In this document: one piece after another, positions 1-11,970 of the stretch | Numbering within the stretch: position 1 is the stretch's first letter | Layout of the letters: every line of letters starts with the position of its first letter | NCBI RefSeq assembly: GCF_000497125.1 | Contig: NC_090599.1 | Coordinates: 62,001 to 126,000 of the forward strand | Direction: 5' to 3' | DNA length: 64,000 nt | DNA from: Spironucleus salmonicida | Lineage: Eukaryota | Notes under the pieces: model-generated | Database searches by the model: none | The model's input: the letters and a program-made list of their open reading frames with translations, nothing else | What the model was told of the DNA's origin: nothing | Translations under genes and position numbers: made by a program

Positions 1-2529
1 TTTGTAGTTTTAGCTGTTTTATTTATTTAATAGGTAATTTACATTTAATATTAGAGTAAAAATTTAGTTATTTGTAAATTAGATAAAGGATCAATAATTT
101 CATAGCTTTTGTAGCTACCAAAGGAGCTTTTAAAGACAATTAAAAATAAATATCGACTAGCAACCAAACTTACTACAAAAATTTCTGATTACTAATGTAT
201 ATTTGATGTTGAAAAAAAAATTACTATTCTTTCTTCTGTAAAAACTAATTTAACACCTTAATTAGAGGCATTTTAAAGAATGTTAAAACCATTTTTAGTT
301 AGTGTTAGAGTTAATAAGTTTGATATTTTTACGACACTTATTTTAGTAGAGTTTGCGCTAAAAACTATAAGCACCATTGTTTTAATAATATAAATTTCAC
401 CATAGTTCCAGTATGATCAATTATAAACATATAATTCATACATAAATGACGACCCTTATTATTTTAAAAAACCAAGTATTGTCGGCAAGATATCAACATA
501 TCCAATTGAAATATAATAATTTTATAATTACGATAATGACGAGCTTAAAAATCTAGCAAAATAACTTTAATTACCAAAAATCAGTAATTACAAATGTATC
601 ATGGACACGAAAACAGCAATTAGCCAAATATTAGTTGATTATATGTGGATATAGACTTGGTATCACACTGTTTAAATAAAAGAATAGGCTGATGATTAGA
701 ATAATCTTTAGTCTCTTATTAATATATTGCCGTTTTATGAGCTATTACGTTTAAAACACCAACTAGTGTTTCATCTACATATTCAAGATAATAATACTTT
801 AGACATATATGGCTTATTTTAAGAAGTAAATCGACTTATTGAGAAGTATCCGACTTTAAATACTAATAAAATTGAATATTTATTTAAATATTAAAAACCG
901 GCATTTATTCCATTAGAAGCAAGTTTAAACTAACTTTGTTTGAAGATTCACTAATATAGAAAGTAAATTTAATTATATAATTATAAAGTTTTTCAAATTA
1001 TTATTGAAACTCTACTTTTGTTGATTAATTTTTACTAGTTAATTACACTCTTTTATATATTAATAGTGTATATGCTAAAAATAAATTTAAACTAATCTTA
1101 ATGTGAAGAATTTTAAATAATAGAGTACAATTATATTAAGAAGATGATTTTCTCTAATTATTCAATAATTTGCTACTGTCTTATTATGGCATTTACTATT
1201 GTCAGTATCCCAATATAATTGTACTACTATTGCTTATATTTCTATATTTTTGTTACTGATTAAGAAAAATATTCTTATTAACTTTATGTAGTTTTGGGGA
1301 AAATATTAGAGGTATAGACAGTATTTTAATCTATTGCTGCATTAATAGTTCTGGTAATTTTTAGAAAAGCTCTTTATGTCTTGGCATCATTAGGGTATCC
1401 AGAAGAGTACTAAACCCTTACAATTTAGGAAGATATAAAATTCCCTTAAGTTCTTGAAGATACAGTAGCTCCAGATTAACCTTATGCATAGTAATTTATA
1501 TATGAATCTCCTGATTTTATTTTCCCATATCCAGTATAAGATATGAAATCAGATATCTATGATTAAATAGTATATTTTACAAATATTGTTTTTGTAGCGT
1601 TAACAACAATTATTATAATTTTTGTCTGCTACTAAAACACCGCTAATTTATCGTTTTTCTAGTTAGCAAGGTTTTAACATATTAATAACATGATATCGAC
1701 ACAGAGTTTGGGATATTATACTCATTCTAATGATTATATTATATAAACAGGAGTTTATTAAAACTTAGTTAGTGAATAGAGAGATATTTAACTATTTTTA
1801 AAAAATAGTGATGTTTCTGGTGCATATTTATATAAGTAGTTCATAAAAGATTCTCATTATAATAACCCAACTTATTATCTTTTTATAGACTAAATTCAAG
1901 ATTCTCAATTTGAAATAAATTAAGGAAACAAATATAATCAAGCAAACTACAATACATCTTAGGTCATATAACCAAGCATTTTATATGGCATAACAAACAT
2001 GTCAAGATATCTTTAGCTATAGCCTCCAAGATTATATCATTTTGGTATACATATTTTAGATGATGTATCTAAATTTTAACTCTAATCAACAATACAAGGA
2101 ACTTTAAAGATCGAGTCAAATTATTAATAAAATTCACTATCATAAATTACTAAGAACTTATAATAGTTAGCTAAAACAATGACTCCTGGTGGCTAATTTG
2201 GTTAGAATGGTTAATTTTTAACTCAAGAAGAATCTGTAGTATTTTTATAAACGCAGTAACGATAAGTTGAGTTTTGGAGTGTGAACAGAGCGAACAATAG
2301 GGAAATATCGATTGTTATTTAGGACTCAATTTAATATTGGTATGATCACCATTCAAACATAATAATTATACTGCTTTTACTTATAGTGTGTATTTTTATA
2401 TTAGTGTTAATTTTATCTTAGATATTAATTAAGAAAATATAGTCTTATGTATTAAAAACAAGTTTATTTACTAGTTTATTTTTGAAGAGATTTAGGGGGG
2501 TTAAAGAAGAAAAAGCTTATGGAGATTGA
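1..2529 (+). CDS. 5'-truncated multi-pass membrane hypothetical protein
   Basis: Frame 1 reads open with TAR=Gln wherever checked, ending at TGA 2527-2529. Several hydrophobic segments, e.g. IIILLLLIVCIFILVLILS near the C-terminus. Confidence 0.7.
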
Positions 2530-2558
2530 GCTATTTTAATATTATTAAGCGAAGAAAA

Positions 2559-5528
2559 TCATTCGTATATTACTTCTTTTACGACTACGACGCCTCTTTT
2601 AACACCTGGGAATACGCCTTCAAAATCAGTTCCTTCAGCAAATTTACTTCTTTCAACCTAATTATCAACAAGTCTAACTGGTGTTTCTAAAATTTTCCAC
2701 TCATCATCAAACGATTCAACAGTATCCTATTTTTGTAAGACATCAGTTAGTTTGACATTATCAGCTTGTAAAGCAAATTCTTCCATTGCGATATCCTTCA
2801 TCTCTTTAACGTAACCATAACCAGACACAATAGGAATATCTTCGTCTATCTGCTTATTAGCTAAATCATTTTAAGATAATCTTGCTTTCTTAACATATTT
2901 CTCGACATCTTGGTGCTTATTTTCATGAGCTAATGCTGAATAACCATATTATTCCTACAACGTAGAAGGAATCGCCAAAATAAGCTGCATTTCTTAAATT
3001 TAACCTTCAGTAAATTGAACAGTTGTTATATAGTCACATTCCATGCATAAGCCTAGAACACCCATCATAGGATACCAAAACCAACTCTGTAAAAACAAAA
3101 CATATGACACTAGTTGTAAATCAGTCCTTTGCTTGAAAGATAAATTTAATCCACCAGAATTCATAATTCCAAGTGCAATCATTTGTGACCTAACCGTAAG
3201 CTAGCTTTCCTTAGCACTCTCGTGGAAATCAATTTAAACTGCCATTAAATCCCTTCTGAACTAAGTTGCATACTAATTAACAGAAAGCTTTGTACTATGC
3301 TTATTGACATAAATCTCTTTATAGCGCTCCTATAAGTTTCCTGGAGTTGCGTAAAGCTTCATCTAATTTTTCATTAAGTCGAACATTTCTTCTGTCTCAT
3401 AGTCGCACTTATAGAAGCAATTCTTCTGTTTATCACCAACTGGATCAGAGTACTCAGCAGTTAAACTCTCAGGTAATTCAACTCCATTGATTGTTTATAA
3501 AACGAGTGCCTAAGCAATATACGCACCACACCTAACTTGCTCTTCCTGGTCAGTCATCAGCTTGCATAATAACTCTACAACTTTTTCATCTCCGGAAGCA
3601 GCAAAAATCTATCCCAAAACATAACAGGCCCCAGTACGAATCTGTGGATCGAAGGATCTAGAGCACATAGACAAGAGCTAAAATATACTTTGCTTTTTAC
3701 TTTCGGATAAATTCTCCTGACAGAAAACAATACCAATAGACTAGATAGCGAACTGCGCACCAAACGACTTTGATAGATCGTTAGCTAGGAGCAAGAGACG
3801 CTAGGCAACAGCAATTGAGCCAGTTTATGCAAATGCAAGGCCAAGTGCTAAAGGTGCAATATTTGTGACAGAATCAGCAAACTAGTTGGGATTTGAAATA
3901 GCGAAATTAAGAAGATAATGGATAATATGGTCAGCTTGGTTTTCAGCCCTGAAACACATAAAAGATATAGCAAGCGCAGAGCCCCTACGGAGCTTCTCGT
4001 GCTCGCATGCAAGATATGGTTTAATACTGTCATTTACAATATCAGAATCGAAAAATTAAGCATTGCCAAGCTATACAAGGCCTATAGAAAGCAGAATTGC
4101 AAACTTAGCGTCAATATCGCTGGTAGAATCTAAGCGCTCGGCCAAAATATTTACAATTTCTTCATCATGCTAACCAAGCGAAATAAGGCCAATTGCGAGA
4201 GCAAGGCCGTGCAAAATTGGACCGCGATCCTCTTCGTTTCTCGAATCAAGCTGGTTATTGATGTCCATAATCAGAGCTAGTGGAGCAGCTTCGACTGTAT
4301 TCAGACCCGCAAATTGTAATGCAAGGCCAAAACTCGCACCTCCAATTTCATAAGGATTAACTGTAGCAAAATTCTAGAATAGAGAGTCATAAATTTTTGG
4401 AGTTTGATGGTGGCCTCTATAAACTAAGCCTATTTAGGAATAATGTCCTAAGCGGGGGTATTGCTTGTGCTTATCTACAATATTGGCTTTGTGTTCATAA
4501 TGTTGTGTTGAGAGAGTCATCAAAACGTGCATTAAGAAATATGATGCAATTTGTTCTGTCGTAGAAGAATTTTGCTGATACATTTTTCTTAAAGCAACTC
4601 TGTCTAAACTTATATATTTTTTCATAAAATCGCAATATAGTTGGGTACTGATCTGGCCAGTTAATATTTCTTTAAATATAGTTTTGGATGTTTGCTGCTC
4701 CTAGTCACGTTAGAATGTGACCTTTTGAAGCTCATAAATAACATCATTTACTATTTTTTATGGAGTAGATTCAAATACGTTAAAAGCAGTCTACAAGGCT
4801 TCATTATACTTTCCTTCTTTAATGAGTTAAGAAATAAACTAGACAATATTGCTGACACTTCTCAGCTAAATTACACAATCCACTGCATGCTTAAGTTAGT
4901 TCTTTTAATAGTAATTATCTTAAAGGGTCTTAATCATTTATTCTCTGTATATACTATCTGTATGATGTAATACGTCTTGATAAACTACAGATAGCTATTA
5001 ATCATTCATTAAATTAAGTTCATCTGCTAGTAATGTTTTTGTATGAACTTTCCAAGATACCTATGACTCTATGCTGCTTCTAGAGATAATTTTATCAACT
5101 ATACCATTGATATAATCTAAGTTTAATCCGTCCATTAAGGAAAATGGTTTTCTAATGTCCTATACTACCGTTTTTGTCTTAGTTTTAGTTGTATTAAGTT
5201 CATAATCATCAGTAATAGGTAAGCAAGAAGCTCCATATAATCCACCGCCAGATTTAAAGATGACAAAATCAAGAACTGCAGTTTCAACAGAAGCTAAAAT
5301 AAGGGGATCTTCTATAGATATACTACCATGCAATACATAAAAAGCACACTTTTCTGTATCACCGACAAGATGGAAATAGGTAGCCAAGAAATGATGCAAC
5401 TTTTCATTATTAGGTACTGTTTGTGCATATTTTTCATAAAATGTTATTCTTGATTGTTCTATTAAGAACCACTATTAAGGTAAGGTTGATAACATTGAAA
5501 GTAATTAATCATCTTATGGAACTTGCAT
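2559..5528 (-). CDS. RPN2: 26S proteasome regulatory subunit Rpn2/PSMD1 (~989 aa)
   Basis: One frame joins track fragments 5160-5399 and 3000-3182. PC-repeat-like segments (LHGLALAIGLISLG) and the motif IALGIMNSGG...FLQSWFWYPM. ATG at 5528 (alternative 5495). Confidence 0.88.
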
Positions 5529-5599
5529 TATTAGAGGTTAAAAGAAACAAATTAATACATTATTATATTATAAAACTAGAAATAACCTTGATTTATTTT

Positions 5600-8500
5600 A
5601 TGTAAGAAAATTTTCTAACTGAGCTTCATAGTAAACTATCTATTATTCCTGCAGATGAATCAATTAGTACTCTGTTACACGATGTGGGTACAAATTTTGA
5701 ATTAAATAGTGATAACTAATAACATTAATTGGATGAGATACTGAAAGTTACAAAACAAGATATTATATTAGAAGAAGTCCCACGAGTCTTTGCATCATCT
5801 TAACAATATATTGTGATCACTACGTAATAAGGTAAAGTACTTATTTATGTAAAGAAAAATTTAAGTCAACCTGAATTCACGATAAATATACAAAAGAAAA
5901 TTTAACAGGTTATTATTTTTGATTAAAATTCAACCATAATTATTTTTACAGCCGATTAGATTATTGTTTACACATTGTAGAAAACACTAACAGGTAAGGT
6001 CTTTAAAGAAAAATATGAATTATTTAAATCTATATATTTGGCTAGTTCATTACCAATATTTATCAGCGGCCATGAAGTTATAGATAGAGATGGAGAGTTA
6101 TCTTTTTTAGCTGCCGATTAATCTACTTTATATTTGGTCTCATTATAATAAAAAATATAGACTGTTTATCTTGCATCTTTAAATTCTTAAATATAGGCTA
6201 TAAAATAATTTAAATTAATTAACATCTAATTAGATGGATTGAAACCATTTTATACTTCAGATAATCAACCATATTCAATGTTGGTAGTCGTATCCCTTTT
6301 AGAAGAATTGCTTGTTTTATGTCTAGATTCTACTTATAAACCATACAAAATTTTCTAGAAACAAATGAATTCTAATATAATATCTCATTCTTCATTGATT
6401 TAAAAGGATGGCTAAATTTTACTTCTAGTTCAAACAGATTTTTAACTTATTTTGTTTAAGGTTTCAGCTAAATCTGGAATGTAGCCAGATGATATTTAAT
6501 TTACAGAAATTAATACACTAAAGCTTTAAGAAGAGGAATTACTGTTTTATTTTAAATTTATTAGCCCAAATTTAGTTTTAGCATTAGGATATTCTACATA
6601 TTTAATTTTGGATATATTATAAAATTAAATTATTGACAAGGAGAATTACAGTCAAAAGTTATGTGTTTATAAGTACAATTAAGCTTTAAGTTTTTTTCCT
6701 ACTAATAACTTTGAATTAATTAGTTATAATTAAATCTCATAAAAAGCATCTATATTATAATATTAACTGTTAAATACTTAGTAAAAAGTTTAAAAATAAA
6801 TCGAAAATATGTAATTTCTTTCAGCTGCTAACTTACTTATTCACAAAATTAGTAGATAAAATATAGTATAATATACAACAACTGATTTAACTCTTTAAAA
6901 TGAAAAAATTATTCTGTTAAGTGGTAAAGTTGGGAATAAAATTTATTCTACTAGTTATATAAACTTAGCGTAATAAATAATTGATGCTGTTCTTATTAAA
7001 GGTAATTATCTTAACTAAATTTAATTAATTTAAAATTTGAATTTAGAATAACACCCAATATGTGTATAATTTATTAATACTAATATATTAGCTATAGTTA
7101 TTTTATGCTCTTTGTTTAATCTAAATAATCAGTATTTCAAATAGCAAACCAATTTAAATATATAATAGAAATTTTTAAATAAAATTTATTCTTAATAGAT
7201 GTCAATATTGTTGTATAAGTATTAAATTCCGCTAGATTTTAATACTTATTTGGTATTCTAAAGTTATCTAGACTCAGATTTCGACTAAATTTAAATTTTT
7301 AATGCTATGAATTAGAAAGATTACTAAAAATATTTGTCTGTTATTATTAAAAAAAAATATTTCAAAATTCTACCTATAACATTACTATTTCTATTTTTAA
7401 ATAATGAGTGCCCTGAATTTTTCTATGATAATGAATTTAATATATTCAAATTACTTTAACAATCTATTATTAATTACAGTTAATTAGAAGGATACCTAGA
7501 GGCTATAATATAGTTTTTTTAGATTATTTTAGGAGGGTAAATTAATTCAAAATATATATCTAGAGAGTATAAAGAAAATACCATTTTGAGCGTATCAGAT
7601 AACAACATTGTTAATAGTATTTGTAGTTAATTAATTACTCGTATTAAAGACTATTTTATACTATCCTAGCCATAGTTTGATATCAAGGGTATTTAACTTA
7701 GTGTGTTTTAACTGTTTTTCTACTATAATGAAAACATGGCAAAAGATTTTTATTTACAACTTATATATGCACCTTAAATACCTAATGGATTATAAAATAA
7801 TTTGAGCATATCCTTGATTGAATTTGCTAAATCAACTGTATTAGACAAATAATAATTGTCATTTAATGTAAATTAGCTATAAGTCATTTGTATTCTTATT
7901 CTTGAAATATATCAAAATTTTAATTTAGATGTCACTTATTTTGACCCAACAGACTGGTTTCATATATTTTCAAGTCTATTGAAAGTTAAAACAGGCAAAA
8001 AATAGATTATTAAGTAAAAAGTAAAATCTTATGAGAATATCTCACAATATCTTTAATATATACCTATACTTTGTTAAACAGATAGTTAAATATAAGTTTT
8101 ACTCTAGCATATATTACCTACTGAAGATTAGTTATACTTAAATATTGTTATTTCTATTTTCCATATATTAAAAATAATTAATATTGAAACTGATTATTTA
8201 TAGGAAGTAATTTAAACATATACTGATACAAATAAGAATGATATTTAGTTTAATACTTTATCAAAAATATTTTTATTAGTTTAAAATGATATAGAGTTGA
8301 ATAACTCTAAAAATATTGAATATTTTATTTAACTAGATATTAGTAAAATAGCGAAAACATAAATATGTACTATATATTTAGAAAATTTATGTTCTATCTG
8401 TGATGATAGCCTTCAATATAAAATACTATCTTAGTTATTTAGTATCAGTATATAAACTTTACACGAATATATATCACCGGCTGAATTTTTATAATTTTTA

Positions 8501-9682
8501 GTTTATGCATTTGCCTAAAATCCATTGCAAGGTTACAATTTATTACAATAAAATTCACACTTAATACAAGCTTAAATTTAATATTTGTTCATTTTTATTA
8601 TAAACTATGATCTTACTATTGCTGCAGATTTAGTATAAAATAAAAATAGTTTTTAGTAACTCTAAAATTATGTAAAGTAAAAACTATCTAAAAATTTGAA
8701 ACATGATATTAATATTTCTTAATTAATTTTTATTAACTCTTAAGATCCATTAAGTGTATCAGAGTAAGCACATTTGTCAAAAAGTATGTATGGAGTTCAG
8801 ATTTTTTAATTTATTATTAATACATAGACGCCTGCGTAAATAAAATAATTAATTTTAGGTGAATAAAATATCTCTTAAACACTATTAAATAAAGATTAAA
8901 TTATTCCATTAGTTAAGTAAATCTAGGATATAGAATTAAAGTTACCACTGCTTAAAATTTATAAATTTAATAAAGAGTTAAACGATATCTTACTTCAATA
9001 GCTTTAATAAATTATATAAAGTTAACAATATGATAAAATTTATAAGCAAATGAATATTATTAATGATTATTTACATATTAATAAAGATTTTCAAATTTGT
9101 GGGGACATACTTTAATTGATATATAAAATTGATGATAAAGATATTAAAACCAAAGTGTATGAACTATTAGTGGATACTTTTGTAAAAGTTACGGACCCAT
9201 AAACAACTCTAAAACTATACTTAGAGTTATTCCGTAATGAAGATTATGGTGACACATAAAAAATAATAGAGAATATATTACTGAAAATTGAATTACAATT
9301 AAGTTATAAATAAGCTATGGTTGCTGTTATTTAGTAAGACTTAATAGAGCATCAATACCAATAATAAAATGAGAAGAAGAAAGGTATGATAGTTTCTAAT
9401 TTATGCAAATGTGGATAATCATCGTTTGATATTTTACCTAAGACTCATTTAGTAACTGTATAGCTATATGATGGATCCAAAGTAGAAATTAATACAAAAG
9501 AAAATACAAATTTAACGTTTTGTTTCCCATGTGGACATAGTTATCATTAGTAATGCCTAGAAGAGACGCAGACTAGCTTGCATAATAGATAAAATATAAT
9601 TGATTAGACTTTAGAAAATAATTAATAAGATCAAATACATATAGCCGAACGAATGTAACAATGTCCTCGTTGCTCTCAATGA
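5600..9682 (+). CDS. Vps8-like (CORVET/HOPS family) protein: beta-propeller, alpha-solenoid, C-terminal RING-H2 (~1360 aa)
   Basis: 1361-codon ORF. C-terminal CKCG...FPCGHSYHQQC...CPRC, preceded by a Vps8-like segment DYGDTQKIIENIL...DL...KKG. Size fits Vps8. Confidence 0.65.
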
Positions 9683-9725
9683 TTTAACTATTTTATTTAA
9701 TTTCTAATATATAGTATTATGTCAA

Positions 9726-10544
9726 ATGACTTCTCGTTTATAGCGAATAAATAAAATTTTATACAATACGTCCATATACGCCTAACAATCTTAATATGAT
9801 GACAATATTCTATCTATAATTTTAAAACCGACTCATTTTCCAAAGTCTAAGGCAATCTTAGAGGAATAACCCATAATTTTTGTACCAACAATTGGTTTTT
9901 GTTAGTCTTGTGGACGCCCAAGCATGATTTTCTGTAATAAATGTAATCATGGTTGGTGTAGTATAACCTGCAAAGATTAAGATTGCTTTAAACATTTTAT
10001 GTTATGTTAACTTGAAAGAGGAATAGCTGATTTAGTTTTTTATATACTTAAAACGAGTTTTAGATAACTAGTGATATCTAAATCAATTAATAATGCAATT
10101 ATGGTATCATTAGAGCTTTTTGGATAGTATACTAAGCCATAAAATTTATTAAGGCCTTATAATTTGGAAATGATCCTTGAAAGGTTTACTGACTTTTAAA
10201 CATTATTTAATAAATTTGAAAATGATTTTTACATAGATTCTGATCTATCTCAGCTTAAGAAAAGAATTTTTAGCGATGAACTAATCTAGTATATTTATTC
10301 AATTTATATGACTAGAAAAATACCTATTATGAATGATAACTAATAGATGATCGGAGATGGCCTGTATTAAATATCAAGCATGATAAATCATAATTGTCGT
10401 GCTACCTCTAAAATATCATTTGATAATTTAAAAATATAACTTTATCGAGTTGTGGATAATGGAAACTTAACATTAGATTTTAAAAATCGTGGAGACCTAA
10501 AAAGTTAAGGTATAGAATGTTTTTGCGAGGACTGTTAAGAGTGA
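9726..10544 (+). CDS. SET and MYND domain (SMYD-like) protein
   Basis: MYND finger CQSC...CNKC...WCSITC...H...C inside a split SET domain; GLYQISSMINHNC; post-SET CFCEDC. Confidence 0.8.
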
Positions 10545-10644
10545 TTCTATTTCTTATTTTTTGTCGTTTGTTTATTAATTTATATTTATAAAATATTAAC
10601 ATTTATATATCTAATTATATACTAAATATATTTATTATAACTAA

Positions 10645-11484
10645 ATGCCAGAACATCCTGAAGTTAGATAAATTACAAATATGATAAATAACAACTTTTC
10701 CACAGTTAAATTCAATGCATTTTAATAAAAGTAAATTTCAGATAAGTAACAGTCACTATAAATTAATGGAGAGTATTATATTCATGCAGATCAGCGTGGA
10801 AAACAGCTAAAATTAAATATCTCATTTGAGCCTGTCTAGAAATTATAGTAAAGTAATTATTTTGGAACATTTACAACTTAATAAACGAAAAATGATTTCT
10901 CAATAATTATAGGATTCGGCTTATTAGGATATTTCTCTATAGATTCTACACCCAACCTTAACGCTTTACTAAGTTTTTAAAACAAAAACATGCATCTTAA
11001 TCTTGTTTCTAAAAACCCACAGACTGTTTATTACTATTTGGGTGATTATAATCTAGCTAGGGGCCCGGATCCGATTTTTTAATAGGAAGATTTTAAAGTC
11101 TTAGTACTTAAAACTAATTTTAAAGACAAGAATATATCAGATATTTTAATGAACTAACGATACTTTAATGGAGTTGGAAACTATCTCAGATCCGAAATCA
11201 TACATAGAGCAAATATCCATCCTTTTAAAGCTATTTCTTATCTAGATCCCGAGTTTATTAATCTTGTGATCAGTATCCTAGAAGAAGCATTTTCATTTAC
11301 AAGCAATGCTGTTTTATTTAATAATTGGTTAAAATGTTATGGGAAAGCTTCAAATTGTATTAAAGATAAGAATAATCGATCTATATGGACCTTCAGACCA
11401 ATAAGAGAAAAATAAACAATTTAAAGTAGTAGTAATGATATAAAAGATATTTAAAAATTTTTGACTATGATGTCAATAAAATGA
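10645..11484 (+). CDS. NEIL1: Fpg/Nei family DNA glycosylase, NEIL1-like
   Basis: N-terminal MPEHPEV; RGK; RGPDP; H2TH LMNQRYFNGVGNYLRSEIIHRANIHPF; zincless-finger-type WLKCYG...DKNNRSIW. Confidence 0.85.
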
Positions 11485-11495
11485 TATGATCACTT

Positions 11496-11900
11496 TCATA
11501 AGACCAATACTAAGATGAACTTAATCAAGCAATATACCCATACAATGAACATATTAAAAGTTTTTCCAAGAGTGATATTACTGTCATTTTAAACCACTTA
11601 ATAGATAACTGTTGAATGCCTTTTAATTTCTTTCTTTACTATTCTATGAATATTCAAACCTAACATAGGTAAGCTTAATAGTAATCCTAACCACTATCCT
11701 GTGACTAAAAACAAAAATGGAAACACAAAAGGTGAATAGACGTCTATCTGACAAAATTTATTAACAGCTTCAGCATAAATGCTAGTGTCGTATGGAGGGC
11801 TTTAAACGTTCATCTATAAATTGTATAAATATAATTATAAACCAATATAACCTAGAGCTAAAAAGAATAAGAAGGCCAAAACCCAAGCGGTTATAGACAT
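11496..11900 (-). CDS. Cornichon/Erv14 family ER cargo receptor (134 aa)
   Basis: Three hydrophobic helices, FLVTGQWLGLLLSLPMLGLN motif, and the typical size and spacing of the family. Confidence 0.75.
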
Positions 11901-11970
11901 TTTAAGCACAGGATTTAATTAATAAAATTATATAATATCAATAAAACAACAATTTTTCATTAGTTATCAA

